Positions 26,469 through 35,983 of a stretch of DNA of 64,000 bases are shown one piece after another (the first letter of the stretch is position 1; the number at the start of each line of letters is the position of its first letter). The DNA lies in assembly GCA_964406075.1 (NCBI GenBank), contig CAYOQI010000002.1, positions 160,565 through 224,564 on the forward strand, in the 5' to 3' direction. The translations under genes were made by a program, and so were the position numbers. Source of the stretch: an uncultured Pseudomonadales bacterium. GTDB lineage: Bacteria; Patescibacteriota; Microgenomatia; UBA1400; PJMF01. Below the pieces are notes generated by a model that was not told the origin of the DNA, made no database searches, and was given only the letters and a program-made list of their open reading frames with translations.

Positions 26469-27128
26469 CTACTGTAACTTAGGCATCAAGACCGAATCAG
26501 TCACAAACGTTACTCCGTTACTACTGATCACATCTTTGATACTAACCGTCGCTACGCCACCCATTGCATCGGTGACAGTCATTTGTCCATTTGCTGTCAT
26601 ATTAATGGTAAGTTCTTGACCTTGAACGGTTTTCAGTTTTTGACCATTCTTCAAATCTTTTGCTAAATATCTTCCCGACACAACGTGATAAGTCAGTACC
26701 TTTGTCAAATCAGCCTTTTTTTCTGGTTTAATTAATTCTGAAACTGTTCCTGCAGGAAGTTTCTCAAAGGCAGAATTGGTTGGAGCAAAGACCGTGTAGG
26801 GTCCTTTACTTTGCAAAGTCTCCACTAGACCTGCAGCTTTAATTGCAGTTACAACTGTAGAATGGTCTGAGGACAACTGTGCATTGGTGACAATATCATT
26901 TGACGACACCATCATCGCTCCTCCAACCATAACACCTGTCTGAGAAGAGGGCGAAGGTTGTTGTGTTCCTTCTTCATTCATACTTGTTGGTGATGCTGAC
27001 GAAACAGGAGTCACAGTCATCGTTGGAGTCGGAGAGACATCTACAGTGGCATTCATCTGACCACTACATCCTGCCAGAGTAAGTCCTGCAATTGGTAACA
27101 ACGCCAATACTTTTAATGAAGTTTGCAT
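26469..27128 (-). CDS. Fasciclin (FAS1) domain lipoprotein
   Basis: ATG 27128 with GAGGAG RBS. Lipobox LTLAGC. TVFAPTNSAFEKLPAGTV...VLTYHVV is typical of FAS1. Confidence 0.85.
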   Translation of the reverse strand: MQTSLKVLALLPIAGLTLAGCSGQMNATVDVSPTPTMTVTPVSSASPTSMNEEGTQQPSPSSQTGVMVGGAMMVSSNDIVTNAQLSSDHSTVVTAIKAAGLVETLQSKGPYTVFAPTNSAFEKLPAGTVSELIKPEKKADLTKVLTYHVVSGRYLAKDLKNGQKLKTVQGQELTINMTANGQMTVTDAMGGVATVSIKDVISSNGVTFVTDSVLMPKLQ

Positions 27129-27212
27129 AGTGCTCCTCAATATGTATAAGAAGAGTCACAATAGATCAGTTGTGTGATAAAAAAGTAAGGACGAGGTAAC
27201 AATTAGAAGAAC

Positions 27213-28307
27213 TTAGTCCAAATAGTCACGAAGTTGTTTACGCTCACTTGGGTGACGAAGTTTTCGTAAGGCTTTGGCTTCGATTTGACGAATACGTTCA
27301 CGAGTGACTCCAAAGTATTGTCCGACTTCTTCCAAGGTCATCGAACGAGCACGGTCTAAACCAAATCGCATCATCAACACTTTGGCTTCACGATCCGATA
27401 ACGCTGCAAATACTTCTTTAATATTCTCTTTCAACATGCGTTTACTGGTGGAATCGTATGGAGTTACTTGGTTTTCGTCAGCAATGAAATCACCAAGGAA
27501 GCTATCTTCATTATCACCAATTGGAGTTTCCAAAGAAGTTGTTTTCTGAGAAATCTTGAGAATTTCACGAACTTTTTCTGGCTCCATCTCTAAAACTTGA
27601 CCAATTTCTTCATACGTAGGTTCACGTCCCAAATCTTGCATCAATTTACGGGAAGTACGAATCAATTTATTGATAGTTTCCACCATATGAACAGGAATAC
27701 GAATCGTACGTGCCTGATCAGCAATGGCGCGAGTAATCGCTTGTCGAATCCACCAAGTAGCATAGGTAGAGAATTTGAATCCTTTTCTCCAGTCAAATTT
27801 CTCAACGGCTCGGATCAATCCTTTATTTCCTTCTTGAATCAAATCCAGGAAAGTCATACCACGACCAATATATTTTTTCGCAATTGAAACAACTAACCGA
27901 AGGTTTGATGAAGTCAGTAAGGCTTTGGCTGTTAAATCTGCCACTTCAGTTCTCTGGGCCAAATCAATCTCTTCTGCTCGATTGAGCAATGGAATACGAC
28001 CAATTTCGCGCAAGTACATACGGACTGGATCAGAAACTGACTTATCTTCGAGAGTAGAAAGTACTTCCAATTCTTTTTCGAGGGCAGTCAGGGCATCCTG
28101 ATCAGTTCGGTTATCTTGCTCCGATACACTTTCAAACACATCAATACCAATTTCAAATACTTCTTTATAAAATTGGTCGAGCGCTTCCAGGTGATCTTCA
28201 GGTTCCTTAAAGATTTTTAAGATATCTTCTTGGGTGATAAAACCTTGCGCTTCCCCTTGTTTGAGGAGCTGTTTGAGTTCAAGTTGGAGTGCAGATGATT
28301 GAGACAT
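27213..28307 (-). CDS. rpoD: RNA polymerase sigma factor RpoD (group 1 sigma-70)
   Basis: [27 protein letters not shown] and [33 protein letters not shown] 28307 was chosen; TTG 28322 is an alternative. Confidence 0.95.
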   Translation of the reverse strand: MSQSSALQLELKQLLKQGEAQGFITQEDILKIFKEPEDHLEALDQFYKEVFEIGIDVFESVSEQDNRTDQDALTALEKELEVLSTLEDKSVSDPVRMYLREIGRIPLLNRAEEIDLAQRTEVADLTAKALLTSSNLRLVVSIAKKYIGRGMTFLDLIQEGNKGLIRAVEKFDWRKGFKFSTYATWWIRQAITRAIADQARTIRIPVHMVETINKLIRTSRKLMQDLGREPTYEEIGQVLEMEPEKVREILKISQKTTSLETPIGDNEDSFLGDFIADENQVTPYDSTSKRMLKENIKEVFAALSDREAKVLMMRFGLDRARSMTLEEVGQYFGVTRERIRQIEAKALRKLRHPSERKQLRDYLD

Positions 28308-28637
28308 AGTGAAGATTGACAAAACATGAGTCCCTACTTGAGGGACAGAAAAAGATTAGACGAAAGTATACTGGATAATCACACCTTTTAAAAGGATGTA
28401 TATAATTTTACTTAAGACACAGTACTATACCAAATAATTACAACATTTCACACTAGGATTTCTTCCTTGTTCACTTTATATACGCTTCTTACACGAACTC
28501 GTCAACTCTAGTGTCGTCCGTGAAACATTTTTGTAAGACTTTTCTTTTTTTTCCAATCCAATTATTACTTTTCTTTCATGCTTCTCATCCTGTTTGGCTT
28601 CAAACTGCAGAGATCATTACTTACTTAGGAGGTGCAT

Positions 28638-29168
28638 ATGAGAGACGTTACTCTCGGTATATTTGAAAATCAAAATGATGCAGAACATGCTATTAAAGAA
28701 CTTGAATCTAGAGGTTTTTCTACAAAGAATATTTCTATTCTCATGAAAGAACCAGAAGGATATGTGGTACAAAATGGAAATTCCACAGCTGAAAATGTCA
28801 CTGAGGGTGCAGTGTCAGGTGCCACGACAGGAAGTTTATTAGGTGGTTTAGCAGGACTATTAATTGGAATTGGTGCCATCGCTATTCCAGGTGTGGGTGG
28901 GCTCTTAATTGGTGGACCACTTGCAGTTGCTTTAGGATTAACCGGCGCTGCAGCCACAACTGTCTCCGGTGCTGTTACAGGCGCTGCTGCTGGTGGACTC
29001 GTCGGAGCCTTAGCAGGACTTGGACTTCCTGAAGATCGGGCTGAAGCCTATGCTTCCTCTATTGAAGAAGGTGGTGTCATGATTGCTGTGTCAAATTGGA
29101 CCGGTGATCCGAAAGAAGCTCGTGATGTCTTGAAAAATCATGGTGCAACTCAGGTTGATACGCTATAA
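28638..29168 (+). CDS. General-stress-protein-like (YflT-type N-domain) protein with Gly-zipper membrane segment
   Basis: AGGAGG RBS before ATG 28638. GIFENQNDAEHAIKELESRGFSTKNISIL is followed by a G/A-rich hydrophobic core. Confidence 0.6.
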   Translation: MRDVTLGIFENQNDAEHAIKELESRGFSTKNISILMKEPEGYVVQNGNSTAENVTEGAVSGATTGSLLGGLAGLLIGIGAIAIPGVGGLLIGGPLAVALGLTGAAATTVSGAVTGAAAGGLVGALAGLGLPEDRAEAYASSIEEGGVMIAVSNWTGDPKEARDVLKNHGATQVDTL

Positions 29169-29188
29169 AACGAAAAACTGAAATAAAG

Positions 29189-29234
29189 AACCACTGAGCA
29201 GGTATCGCAAGATCAACCACTCAGTGGTTTTTTT
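29189..29234 (+). terminator. Rho-independent terminator
   Basis: AACCACTGAG...CTCAGTGGTT (10-bp stem) followed by TTTTT. Confidence 0.6.
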
Positions 29235-29287
29235 ATGGAACGCTCCTTGACCACTATTTTAAAAATCTCTAGAATAAAATCTTAAGC

Positions 29288-30190
29288 ATGTTGGGTATAC
29301 CTGTCCGAACCCATCAAAAAAACTTCTGCTTACTTTTTTTTACTGTAAGTTTCTTCTTTATTTTTGCTTCTCAAACATTTGCTGTCGCAAATCATGTCGT
29401 GATTTCTGAAATCCAAGTGGGAGGTGAAGTTGCGACAGATGAGTTTGTTGAGCTTTATAATCCGACTAACTCACCAATAAACTTGAATGGTTGGCGTTTA
29501 TCAAAGAAAACATCAACGGGAACTCTCAGTAATCTTGCTACAACTATTTCAGGGACAATTCCGGCATATGGTTATTTTTTAATAGCGCATGAAGATTACA
29601 ATGCTGCCCCAACTCCGGATCAGGAATTTAATACTGGCACACTTGCTTCGGATAATACCGTCCTCCTTTATTCAGATGCAGGTGTAACCTTGGTCGATAA
29701 AGTTGGATTTGGAGATGCGACAGATAAAGAAACGGCCACATTACTCGATATCGCGAACAATAGTGGAGCAGAGCGAAAAGCTCAAACAACTTCCACCGCG
29801 ATATCAATGAATAGTGGCGGTGCAGATGAATTTTTCGGAAATGGCGAAGATACCGATAACAATTCCAATGATTTCATTGTTCGAACTTTTTCCCAGCCAC
29901 AAAACAGCTCATCATCGACAGAACAACTGCCAGTTTCTTCCCCTACCCCTACCTTCACACCTTCCCCTTCACCAACCCCTAGCCCAACTCCATCAAATAC
30001 TCCCTCACCTACACCGACAAGCACACCGCTTTCTACCGCCACTTCTACCCCTACAGTAACTCCCACACCTATTTCTTCACCACAACCAACTCCTACGGGA
30101 CTCAATCCCAAAATCCAGCACTTTAGAAATATATTTCAAGGAATACTACTGAAATTGAGAAATAAGACCGCACCAACTCCTACAACGTAA
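29288..30190 (+). CDS. Lamin-tail-domain (LTD) secreted protein with PT-rich C-terminus
   Basis: HVVISEIQVGGEVATDEFVELYNPTNSPINLNGWRL is the LTD signature. Confidence 0.8.
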   Translation: MLGIPVRTHQKNFCLLFFTVSFFFIFASQTFAVANHVVISEIQVGGEVATDEFVELYNPTNSPINLNGWRLSKKTSTGTLSNLATTISGTIPAYGYFLIAHEDYNAAPTPDQEFNTGTLASDNTVLLYSDAGVTLVDKVGFGDATDKETATLLDIANNSGAERKAQTTSTAISMNSGGADEFFGNGEDTDNNSNDFIVRTFSQPQNSSSSTEQLPVSSPTPTFTPSPSPTPSPTPSNTPSPTPTSTPLSTATSTPTVTPTPISSPQPTPTGLNPKIQHFRNIFQGILLKLRNKTAPTPTT

Positions 30191-30198
30191 TGTATTTC

Positions 30199-31206
30199 CT
30201 ATCGTGAAAACTCACCTGAGGAGTTCAAAGAAATTTCTCTTGACACATATTCTTCTTGTTTGGAGAAAGAAAAAAGGCCTGGCTGGCAATACGTTCCACA
30301 AGAACTATGACTACTGTCAGAACAATTCACTAATCCATTTGATCCTGGTTGTTCCTGAGCTTTTACTGAAACAGGTAAACTCACAAGGATAATGAAAAAG
30401 GCAACCGTTGAGAGTGAACTGCATAAATTCTTTTTTGAAAATGAAAAAGCTTCAGAACTTCCATGCAGTGATTCAATTCGACTTTCATAGACTGAAGTAC
30501 TAAAGGCCGGATAAAAAGAGCCTGTGTAACTAATCTGAACATTATGTAATGCATGCTCAACATGAACAGATGTTTTTTGAATAGAACAAGCAAACGCGTC
30601 CGCTTCTTTTTCTAATCTTTTTTTGAAATGCTCAAAAAGATCTTTTAGTATGGGTAAAAAACTCAAACTGGAACTGACTAACTCTCCACAAAAAAATAAT
30701 ACTGGATGCCTGTGACTCAGGTGATATTGTTCATGAAGTAATACCGCCTCTAATTCTCGCTTTTTTAAAGCTCTAATCAAACCTGAACTAAGAACAATCT
30801 TTGGATTTCTAATTCCAACTGTAAGCGCAATCATTTTTTTATTGTTGACGATCACAATGTTTTTCTCATCAATACTATGTTGAGCACATAGCCGAGTCAG
30901 TTTGATAAAAGAAAGTGATGAGTTTTTATAATGAAATTGAGAATTTTTCTGATGGGTCTTTACAATTGAAAACAGAATTTTGAGAAACAATACAAATGAG
31001 AATGCCAAAACAACAGTTCCTAATGATTTTCCGATCATGTCAAAACTTGTGTAATTCATTTCAAAAGCGATCGGTGAACAGACATTTTGAGGTTGAGAAA
31101 AATTGACAAACGTATATTTATTGAGCAGTTGAAAAAAGAAAAGTCCTGCCACAACTACACTTACTGATATTACACCTCCATACAATAACTCAGTTCGTAT
31201 ATTCAT
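30199..31206 (-). CDS. M56-family (BlaR1/MecR1-like) membrane metalloprotease sensor
   Basis: LLHEQYHLSHRHP is an HExxH motif in the M56 context. The gene lies downstream of a BlaI-type repressor. The start is uncertain (31206, 31257 or 31266). Confidence 0.7.
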   Translation of the reverse strand: MNIRTELLYGGVISVSVVVAGLFFFQLLNKYTFVNFSQPQNVCSPIAFEMNYTSFDMIGKSLGTVVLAFSFVLFLKILFSIVKTHQKNSQFHYKNSSLSFIKLTRLCAQHSIDEKNIVIVNNKKMIALTVGIRNPKIVLSSGLIRALKKRELEAVLLHEQYHLSHRHPVLFFCGELVSSSLSFLPILKDLFEHFKKRLEKEADAFACSIQKTSVHVEHALHNVQISYTGSFYPAFSTSVYESRIESLHGSSEAFSFSKKNLCSSLSTVAFFIILVSLPVSVKAQEQPGSNGLVNCSDSSHSSCGTYCQPGLFSFSKQEEYVSREISLNSSGEFSR

Positions 31207-31213
31207 ATCATCA

Positions 31214-31573
31214 TTATTGTTTTGTAGAATTTTTCTTAGGTTTGTGAGATAGAGCATCCGCCTCATCTAAAAATGCCGCTACGGCTTCTTGTCCGAATCG
31301 ATCCACGAAAGTTTGTAGCGTTTGTTGAACCAAAGTATGAAGTGTTTGATGCTGATTTTTTTGAGAAACAAAAATATTTGTTTTGCCTTCTTTTGTCTGA
31401 TGCAAAAAACCTTTTTTCACCAAACGTGACATGATTGTCATCACAGTTGTATAGGCAATCTCACGGCGGGTTTGAAGCACAGTCACCACGTCTCGAACCG
31501 TGACCGATTCTTTTTTCCAAATAATATCCATAATTTCTTGTTCAAGAGGACCAAGCGATGAAACATTTTTCAT
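31214..31573 (-). CDS. BlaI/MecI/CopY-family transcriptional repressor
   Basis: LGPLEQEIMDIIWKKESVTVRDVV...AYTTVMTIMSRLVKKGFL. Confidence 0.85.
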   Translation of the reverse strand: MKNVSSLGPLEQEIMDIIWKKESVTVRDVVTVLQTRREIAYTTVMTIMSRLVKKGFLHQTKEGKTNIFVSQKNQHQTLHTLVQQTLQTFVDRFGQEAVAAFLDEADALSHKPKKNSTKQ

Positions 31574-31675
31574 ATATGCTCAAACTTTACCATAACTAAG
31601 ACCTTTACTACAAACAGTAGTTGTGTCGAAAACAACTTTAAATATCTAAGAAAATGATGCGGTATACTAAGTCTT

Positions 31676-32047
31676 ATGACACAAATTGTTTCCCCCAATC
31701 CAGTTAAAAAACCTACGGCTCGCCCTTATCATGCCACACCTTTTCGGGAGTATTTCAAAATTCTTGATGAAATCGATAAAGGTAAGCGGTATTCGAAGGA
31801 GTATGGATCAATCTTAATTTTAAGTTTACTGGAAGAATTAGGGGAAATGTCACGAGCGTATTTAGCCGAGCACGGTCGTAAAAAAACGAATATGGCAGCC
31901 CAAGCTGATGAGTCATATGAACAAGAACTGGGTGATTTATTGGTCACCATCTTGCGATTTGCCCGAATTAAAAACATCAACCTTCACAGTCGGATTATTT
32001 ACTCTTTAGAAAAAATTAAATTGCGGAAAATAAAGCCGAAGATGTAA
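31676..32047 (+). CDS. MazG-like nucleotide pyrophosphohydrolase
   Basis: LLEELGEMSRAYL...EQELGDLLVTILRFA shows paired EExxE/D-type helices. Confidence 0.65.
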   Translation: MTQIVSPNPVKKPTARPYHATPFREYFKILDEIDKGKRYSKEYGSILILSLLEELGEMSRAYLAEHGRKKTNMAAQADESYEQELGDLLVTILRFARIKNINLHSRIIYSLEKIKLRKIKPKM

Positions 32048-32062
32048 AGTGTTTCATCCGAC

Positions 32063-32512
32063 TTATTTTTCTTTTTGCATACTCAGAATTTTTTCCCAAC
32101 TCGCAATTGGCCCTTCAATTAATTTGAATAGTGGATGAACAGCAAACGCTACTTCTTGCTGGAATTCGAGAAATTTCTGTGCATCTCGGGACTGTAATTT
32201 TTCTTTTAAATGCTGTATTTCATACTCTAATTGTCCACGAGTAACAGCAATTTTACTTACACCTTTCACTACTTGAAGTTTTTTTCGATCAAATTTGTAT
32301 CCTCTTTTTTCTGCCTCGTCGACAATACTGTGCAAGTACTCCGTGATTGCTTCGATCGGCGTGAAGTGTTCTTGAAATCTCTGCAATTGAGGATGTTTAG
32401 TGTAGCCCTTTGTTTTTCCCGAGAGGACATGAAGTGCCAGCAAACCTTCTCGCCACACTGCCACCAAACCTTTGGCATCTAAATACTTTGGATGGAGACT
32501 CCAAATGCGCAT
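32063..32512 (-). CDS. Pyrimidine dimer DNA glycosylase (endonuclease V/DenV-like family)
   Basis: MRIWSLHPKYLDAKGLVAVWREGLLA... is the family N-terminus. ATG 32512 was chosen. The upstream 207 nt of track ORF 32063..32719 is tRNA plus repeat. Confidence 0.8.
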   Translation of the reverse strand: MRIWSLHPKYLDAKGLVAVWREGLLALHVLSGKTKGYTKHPQLQRFQEHFTPIEAITEYLHSIVDEAEKRGYKFDRKKLQVVKGVSKIAVTRGQLEYEIQHLKEKLQSRDAQKFLEFQQEVAFAVHPLFKLIEGPIASWEKILSMQKEK

Positions 32513-32531
32513 ATTAATCCTGTTTGTTTTT

Positions 32532-32632
32532 GCGGACGTTGTCCCGCCGAAGCCGAGCTTCAGCGAGGCGAAGCTCTCCTTCGCAAGCTCTAGCGGACTG
32601 CGTCCGCCGTAGCTCGCTTCGGCGAGCGAAGG
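32532..32632 (-). repeat. GC-rich multi-hairpin module abutting the tRNA-Ser 3' end (long form)
   Basis: In tRNA orientation the hairpins are GCTCGC-CGAA-GCGAGC, GGCGGAC-GCA-GTCCGC, GCGAAG-GAGAG-CTTCGC and GAAGC-TCG-GCTTC, followed by GGCGGGAC-AAC-GTCCGC. 32562..32636 is identical to 35913..35987. Confidence 0.9.
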
Positions 32633-32717
32633 CGGAGGGAGAGAGATTCGAACTCTCGGTAGCTTGCGCCACGGCGGTTTAGTAAACCGCTGCACTAGAC
32701 CACTATGCGATCCCTCC
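32633..32717 (-). tRNA. tRNA-Ser-like class II tRNA with apparent anticodon ACT
   Basis: GGAGGGA-TC-GCA-TAGTGGTCTAG-TGC-A-GCGGT-TTACTAA-ACCGC-CGTGGCGCAAGCTACC-GAGAG-TTCGAAT-CTCTC-TCCCTCC-G. The architecture matches the two other tRNA-Ser genes. Loop TTACTAA puts ACT at positions 34-36. Confidence 0.75.
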
Positions 32718-32782
32718 AAATTTATGAATGCTTGTCGGGAAGTCCTACTGGCTTAAAAGCCAAGATGGGCTACCCCCCTCCA
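32718..32782 (-). repeat. 5'-flank element: decayed tRNA 5' start plus conserved hairpin
   Basis: Minus strand reads GGAGGGGGGTAGCCCATC-TTGGCTTTTAAGCCAG-TAGGACTTCC-...TAAATTT, then the tRNA. It shares the 15-mer gaagtcctactggct with 41777..41791. Confidence 0.7.
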
Positions 32783-32920
32783 AAACCTGATCATTATACT
32801 ATGTCATCTCTTTTTTCACCTCTCTAAAACACTACTCAACGTTCTTACCAAATACTGTTTTCACACGTGATATCCTTAGCTTTAAGGATTCATTATCAAA
32901 TACGTTTAACAAATATAACA

Positions 32921-34384
32921 ATGTCGAGATTTTTTTCTTCTGCCTTCGCTTTTCTCCTCATAAGTTCTTGTGTTCTGGTCTTTCCTTTCACCGCCTCAGC
33001 AGCCACAGACACTGAGTCTTTCGTCACCACTCAAGGCACAAAATTTATGCTCAACGGTCACGAGTTTAAATTTGTGGGTTTTAATCTCTTTGATGCCGCT
33101 GCTACTGATAGATATAAATGTGGCTGGTGGCCTCGTTTTACAGATCAGGAATTAGATACAGCCTTTAAATATATGCGTGATCAAGGTGGCGTCACGGTAA
33201 TACGATTTTGGGCATTTCAAAAATATACCGACAGCGGAAGAGATTGGAGTGGAGTCGACAAAGCAATTCGGATTGCAAAACAAAATGGCATGAAAGTAAT
33301 TCCTGTGATTGAAAATGGTCCGTCCCACTGTACTGGTGATCAAACAAAACAAAAATGGCAATATCAAAGTGATACTTGGTATACCGCTGGATATAAAGTG
33401 CCGTTCGGGACTGATTTAGTCAGTTATAGAGCATATGTTCAACAAATCGTGACTCGATACAAAGATGAGCCTGCAATTCTGGGGTGGATGATGATGAATG
33501 AAGCTGATACCAGTTTGAGGGTCAATGGAAAATCAGCTTTAGTAGAATTTTCTCGTGACATTGGAACACTCATAAATAGCATTGATTCAAAACATCTCAT
33601 TACAGTCGGAACCCAAAGTAATGGAGCTTCAGGGGCAAGTGGGCAAGATTTTGTCGATGTCTATGGACTTTCTATGATTGACTTCACTGAAGGACATGAT
33701 TGGGAATACTGGTCTGGAAATGAAGCTGATCCTTTACCTGGATCGAGCAACGGAACTGCCTTGCCTGATGTCAATTCACCAGATTGTACAAAAACCTACC
33801 AAGCGAAAATTGCTTGTTCAATTGCAAATTCTGTCAACGTTTTAAACAAACCATTTGTGATGGGTGAAGCCGGAGTCAGAGCAGACGACAATGCAACTTC
33901 TCGCCAACGTCGTGCAGATATTTTTGATACTAAAATGCGTGCATCTTTTGATAATCGAGTTGCGGGATATCTAGTTTGGCAGTGGAATACTATTATTGAT
34001 TCGGAAAAGTTTGATGTGCTCCAAAGACACAATGATCCGTTGTTGGCCAAAATGAAAGCCCGCGCGGGTTATCTTCCACAATTACCGGGACAATCAACCC
34101 CGATTCCTACAACGTCCTCCTCTCCCACTCCGACACCTTCTCGCTCTCCATCTCCTACTCCAACCCAACGTCCAACGACACCAACTCCATCTCCCATCAT
34201 CTCTGCCTGTGGCAGAGAAGATATCAATCTTGATAAGATTATCGATATTACCGATTACAGTATTCTCGTCTCCAATTTTTTAGTCACCCCAGTGTATGCA
34301 CCCGCAGATATCGACAATGATGGAATCGTGGATATCACCGATTATAGTTTAGTCGTCAGTAAATTTTTGCAAAGGTGTCCTTAA
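32921..34384 (+). CDS. Secreted GH5-like glycoside hydrolase with PT linker and C-terminal dockerin-like module
   Basis: ATG 32921 followed by a signal peptide. VIRFWAF and GWMMMNEA are GH5-like (NE acid/base). The C-terminus DINLDKIIDITDYSILVSNF...DIDNDGIVDITDYSLVVSKF shows duplicated EF-hand dockerin repeats. Confidence 0.75.
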   Translation: MSRFFSSAFAFLLISSCVLVFPFTASAATDTESFVTTQGTKFMLNGHEFKFVGFNLFDAAATDRYKCGWWPRFTDQELDTAFKYMRDQGGVTVIRFWAFQKYTDSGRDWSGVDKAIRIAKQNGMKVIPVIENGPSHCTGDQTKQKWQYQSDTWYTAGYKVPFGTDLVSYRAYVQQIVTRYKDEPAILGWMMMNEADTSLRVNGKSALVEFSRDIGTLINSIDSKHLITVGTQSNGASGASGQDFVDVYGLSMIDFTEGHDWEYWSGNEADPLPGSSNGTALPDVNSPDCTKTYQAKIACSIANSVNVLNKPFVMGEAGVRADDNATSRQRRADIFDTKMRASFDNRVAGYLVWQWNTIIDSEKFDVLQRHNDPLLAKMKARAGYLPQLPGQSTPIPTTSSSPTPTPSRSPSPTPTQRPTTPTPSPIISACGREDINLDKIIDITDYSILVSNFLVTPVYAPADIDNDGIVDITDYSLVVSKFLQRCP

Positions 34385-34444
34385 TCATTCTCCATTTCTC
34401 TTTCGATCTTTTCACTTTCCTAAATCTGATTTACTATCAAGCAT

Positions 34445-35110
34445 ATGAGTGACGTAAAAATACATGAGTCATGGAAAAAAGCCTTAACGCCTGAGTTTGA
34501 AAAACCGTATTGGAATGACTTAACTGCTTTTGTACGTCAGGAATATCAAAACAAAAAAGTCTATCCTCCTGCCAAAAATATTTTCCGAGCCTTTGAACTC
34601 TGCCCATTTGAAACAGTCAAAGTGGTGATTGTGGGGCAAGATCCATACCACGGGGCTGGACAAGCCAATGGTCTTTCCTTTGCCGTGAACGACGGAGTGG
34701 CGATACCGCCATCATTACAAAATATATACAAAGAAATTAAAAGTGACTTGGATATTACCCCAATTAATTCTGGTGATTTATCACGCTGGGCCACACAAGG
34801 TGTGCTGATGCTCAATAGTGTTTTAACTGTGGCCGCCAATACTCCTACCTCTCATAAAGGTAAAGGTTGGGAAGAATTTACGGATGCGGTGATTCAATCG
34901 CTAAATGATCACCGAAAAAATATTGTCTATATGTTGTGGGGAAAATATGCTCAAACCAAAGGCTTGGTTATTGACCGAGAAAATAATCTGGTTTTAACTT
35001 CCGGTCACCCTTCACCCTTTTCGGCACATCTATTCTTCGGACATCATCACTTCAGTCAAGCGAATATCTATTTGGCTCTCAACGGCGAAGAGCCAATTGA
35101 TTGGAAGTAA
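34445..35110 (+). CDS. ung: Uracil-DNA glycosylase (family 1)
   Basis: VVIVGQDPYHGAGQANGLSFAV and HPSPFSA motifs. Confidence 0.92.
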   Translation: MSDVKIHESWKKALTPEFEKPYWNDLTAFVRQEYQNKKVYPPAKNIFRAFELCPFETVKVVIVGQDPYHGAGQANGLSFAVNDGVAIPPSLQNIYKEIKSDLDITPINSGDLSRWATQGVLMLNSVLTVAANTPTSHKGKGWEEFTDAVIQSLNDHRKNIVYMLWGKYAQTKGLVIDRENNLVLTSGHPSPFSAHLFFGHHHFSQANIYLALNGEEPIDWK

Positions 35111-35127
35111 AATCACTTCTTCAAATC

Positions 35128-35586
35128 TTATCTTCCAACTCTATCTCGCAAGTAAAATTTATTTAAAACAGGGAGATTACCAAAAAAATCCTTCGAAATA
35201 TCTTGGAATCCTCTTGTCATTAGCAACCACTCGGAATACGAATCGGGACTCACAATTGCGCAGACCGGGAGTTGCAAAGTTTGTTCAACAAATCCTATTG
35301 CATGATCCATCAGCTTTTCACCATACTGATGACCACGAGCTTCAGGATCAACATAGTAACTAATTTCTCCTAAAGTCGTAGGTAATTCTACCTTACGCTT
35401 AGTTGGATTTAGTATTGCAACCTCAGACATACCGATAATCTTACCAAGAATAGATCCAATGAAAATGTATTTTGGTGGATCTGTATGAAAAAGACAAATT
35501 AATTCACTTTCCATAATAGCTAAGAATAATCTGTCTCTCTCAGTCTGAGCGAATTCTGGTGTCACTTGTTGAATTTCAAGTTGCAT
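35128..35586 (-). CDS. GNAT-family N-acetyltransferase
   Basis: YYVDPEARGHQYGEKLMDHAI resembles GNAT motif A. Confidence 0.6.
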   Translation of the reverse strand: MQLEIQQVTPEFAQTERDRLFLAIMESELICLFHTDPPKYIFIGSILGKIIGMSEVAILNPTKRKVELPTTLGEISYYVDPEARGHQYGEKLMDHAIGFVEQTLQLPVCAIVSPDSYSEWLLMTRGFQDISKDFFGNLPVLNKFYLRDRVGR

Positions 35587-35627
35587 AAATGTCTAAGAAA
35601 ATGCTGAAGGCGATGGGATTTACCCTT

Positions 35628-35882
35628 TTATTTAATTTCTTCATTTACTAATTGATGCTTTTTCATGAAAGCTCTGCCCGAACCAGATTTTAAGTATTTC
35701 TCAAAATTGAAGGCCGTATATTTATTTGAAAATGCAAAATAAGAAATGAGTGATATTGGCAATCTGTCTTTTGTTGCAAGTACGTGACCGTTCTGATGTC
35801 TTGCGAGTCTAGCCTTCAGATTATCAGTACAACCTGTATAAGGTAAATAATCAGAACACTTAAGAATATAGACGTACCACAT
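35628..35882 (-). CDS. GIY-YIG nuclease family protein
   Basis: MWYVYILKCSDYLPYTGCTDNLKARLARHQNG. Confidence 0.85.
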   Translation of the reverse strand: MWYVYILKCSDYLPYTGCTDNLKARLARHQNGHVLATKDRLPISLISYFAFSNKYTAFNFEKYLKSGSGRAFMKKHQLVNEEIK

Positions 35883-35912
35883 CGATGGTATTAATTTTAC
35901 AGTAAATTATCT

Positions 35913-35983
35913 AGCGAGGCGAAGCTCTCCTTCGCAAGCTCTAGCGGACTGCGTCCGCCGTAGCTCGCTTCGGCGAGCGAAGG
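35913..35983 (-). repeat. GC-rich multi-hairpin module abutting the tRNA-Ser(GCT) 3' end
   Basis: 75/75 identity (35913..35987) with 32562..32636, although the two tRNA bodies differ. Confidence 0.9.

Noticed and set aside
32513-32719. N-terminal 69-aa extension of ORF 32063..32719
   Set aside because: The extension is the tRNA-Ser gene plus the GC hairpin module read as protein (…EASYGGRSPLELAKESFASLKLGFGG…). The glycosylase family N-terminus MRIWSLHPKYL starts at 32512.
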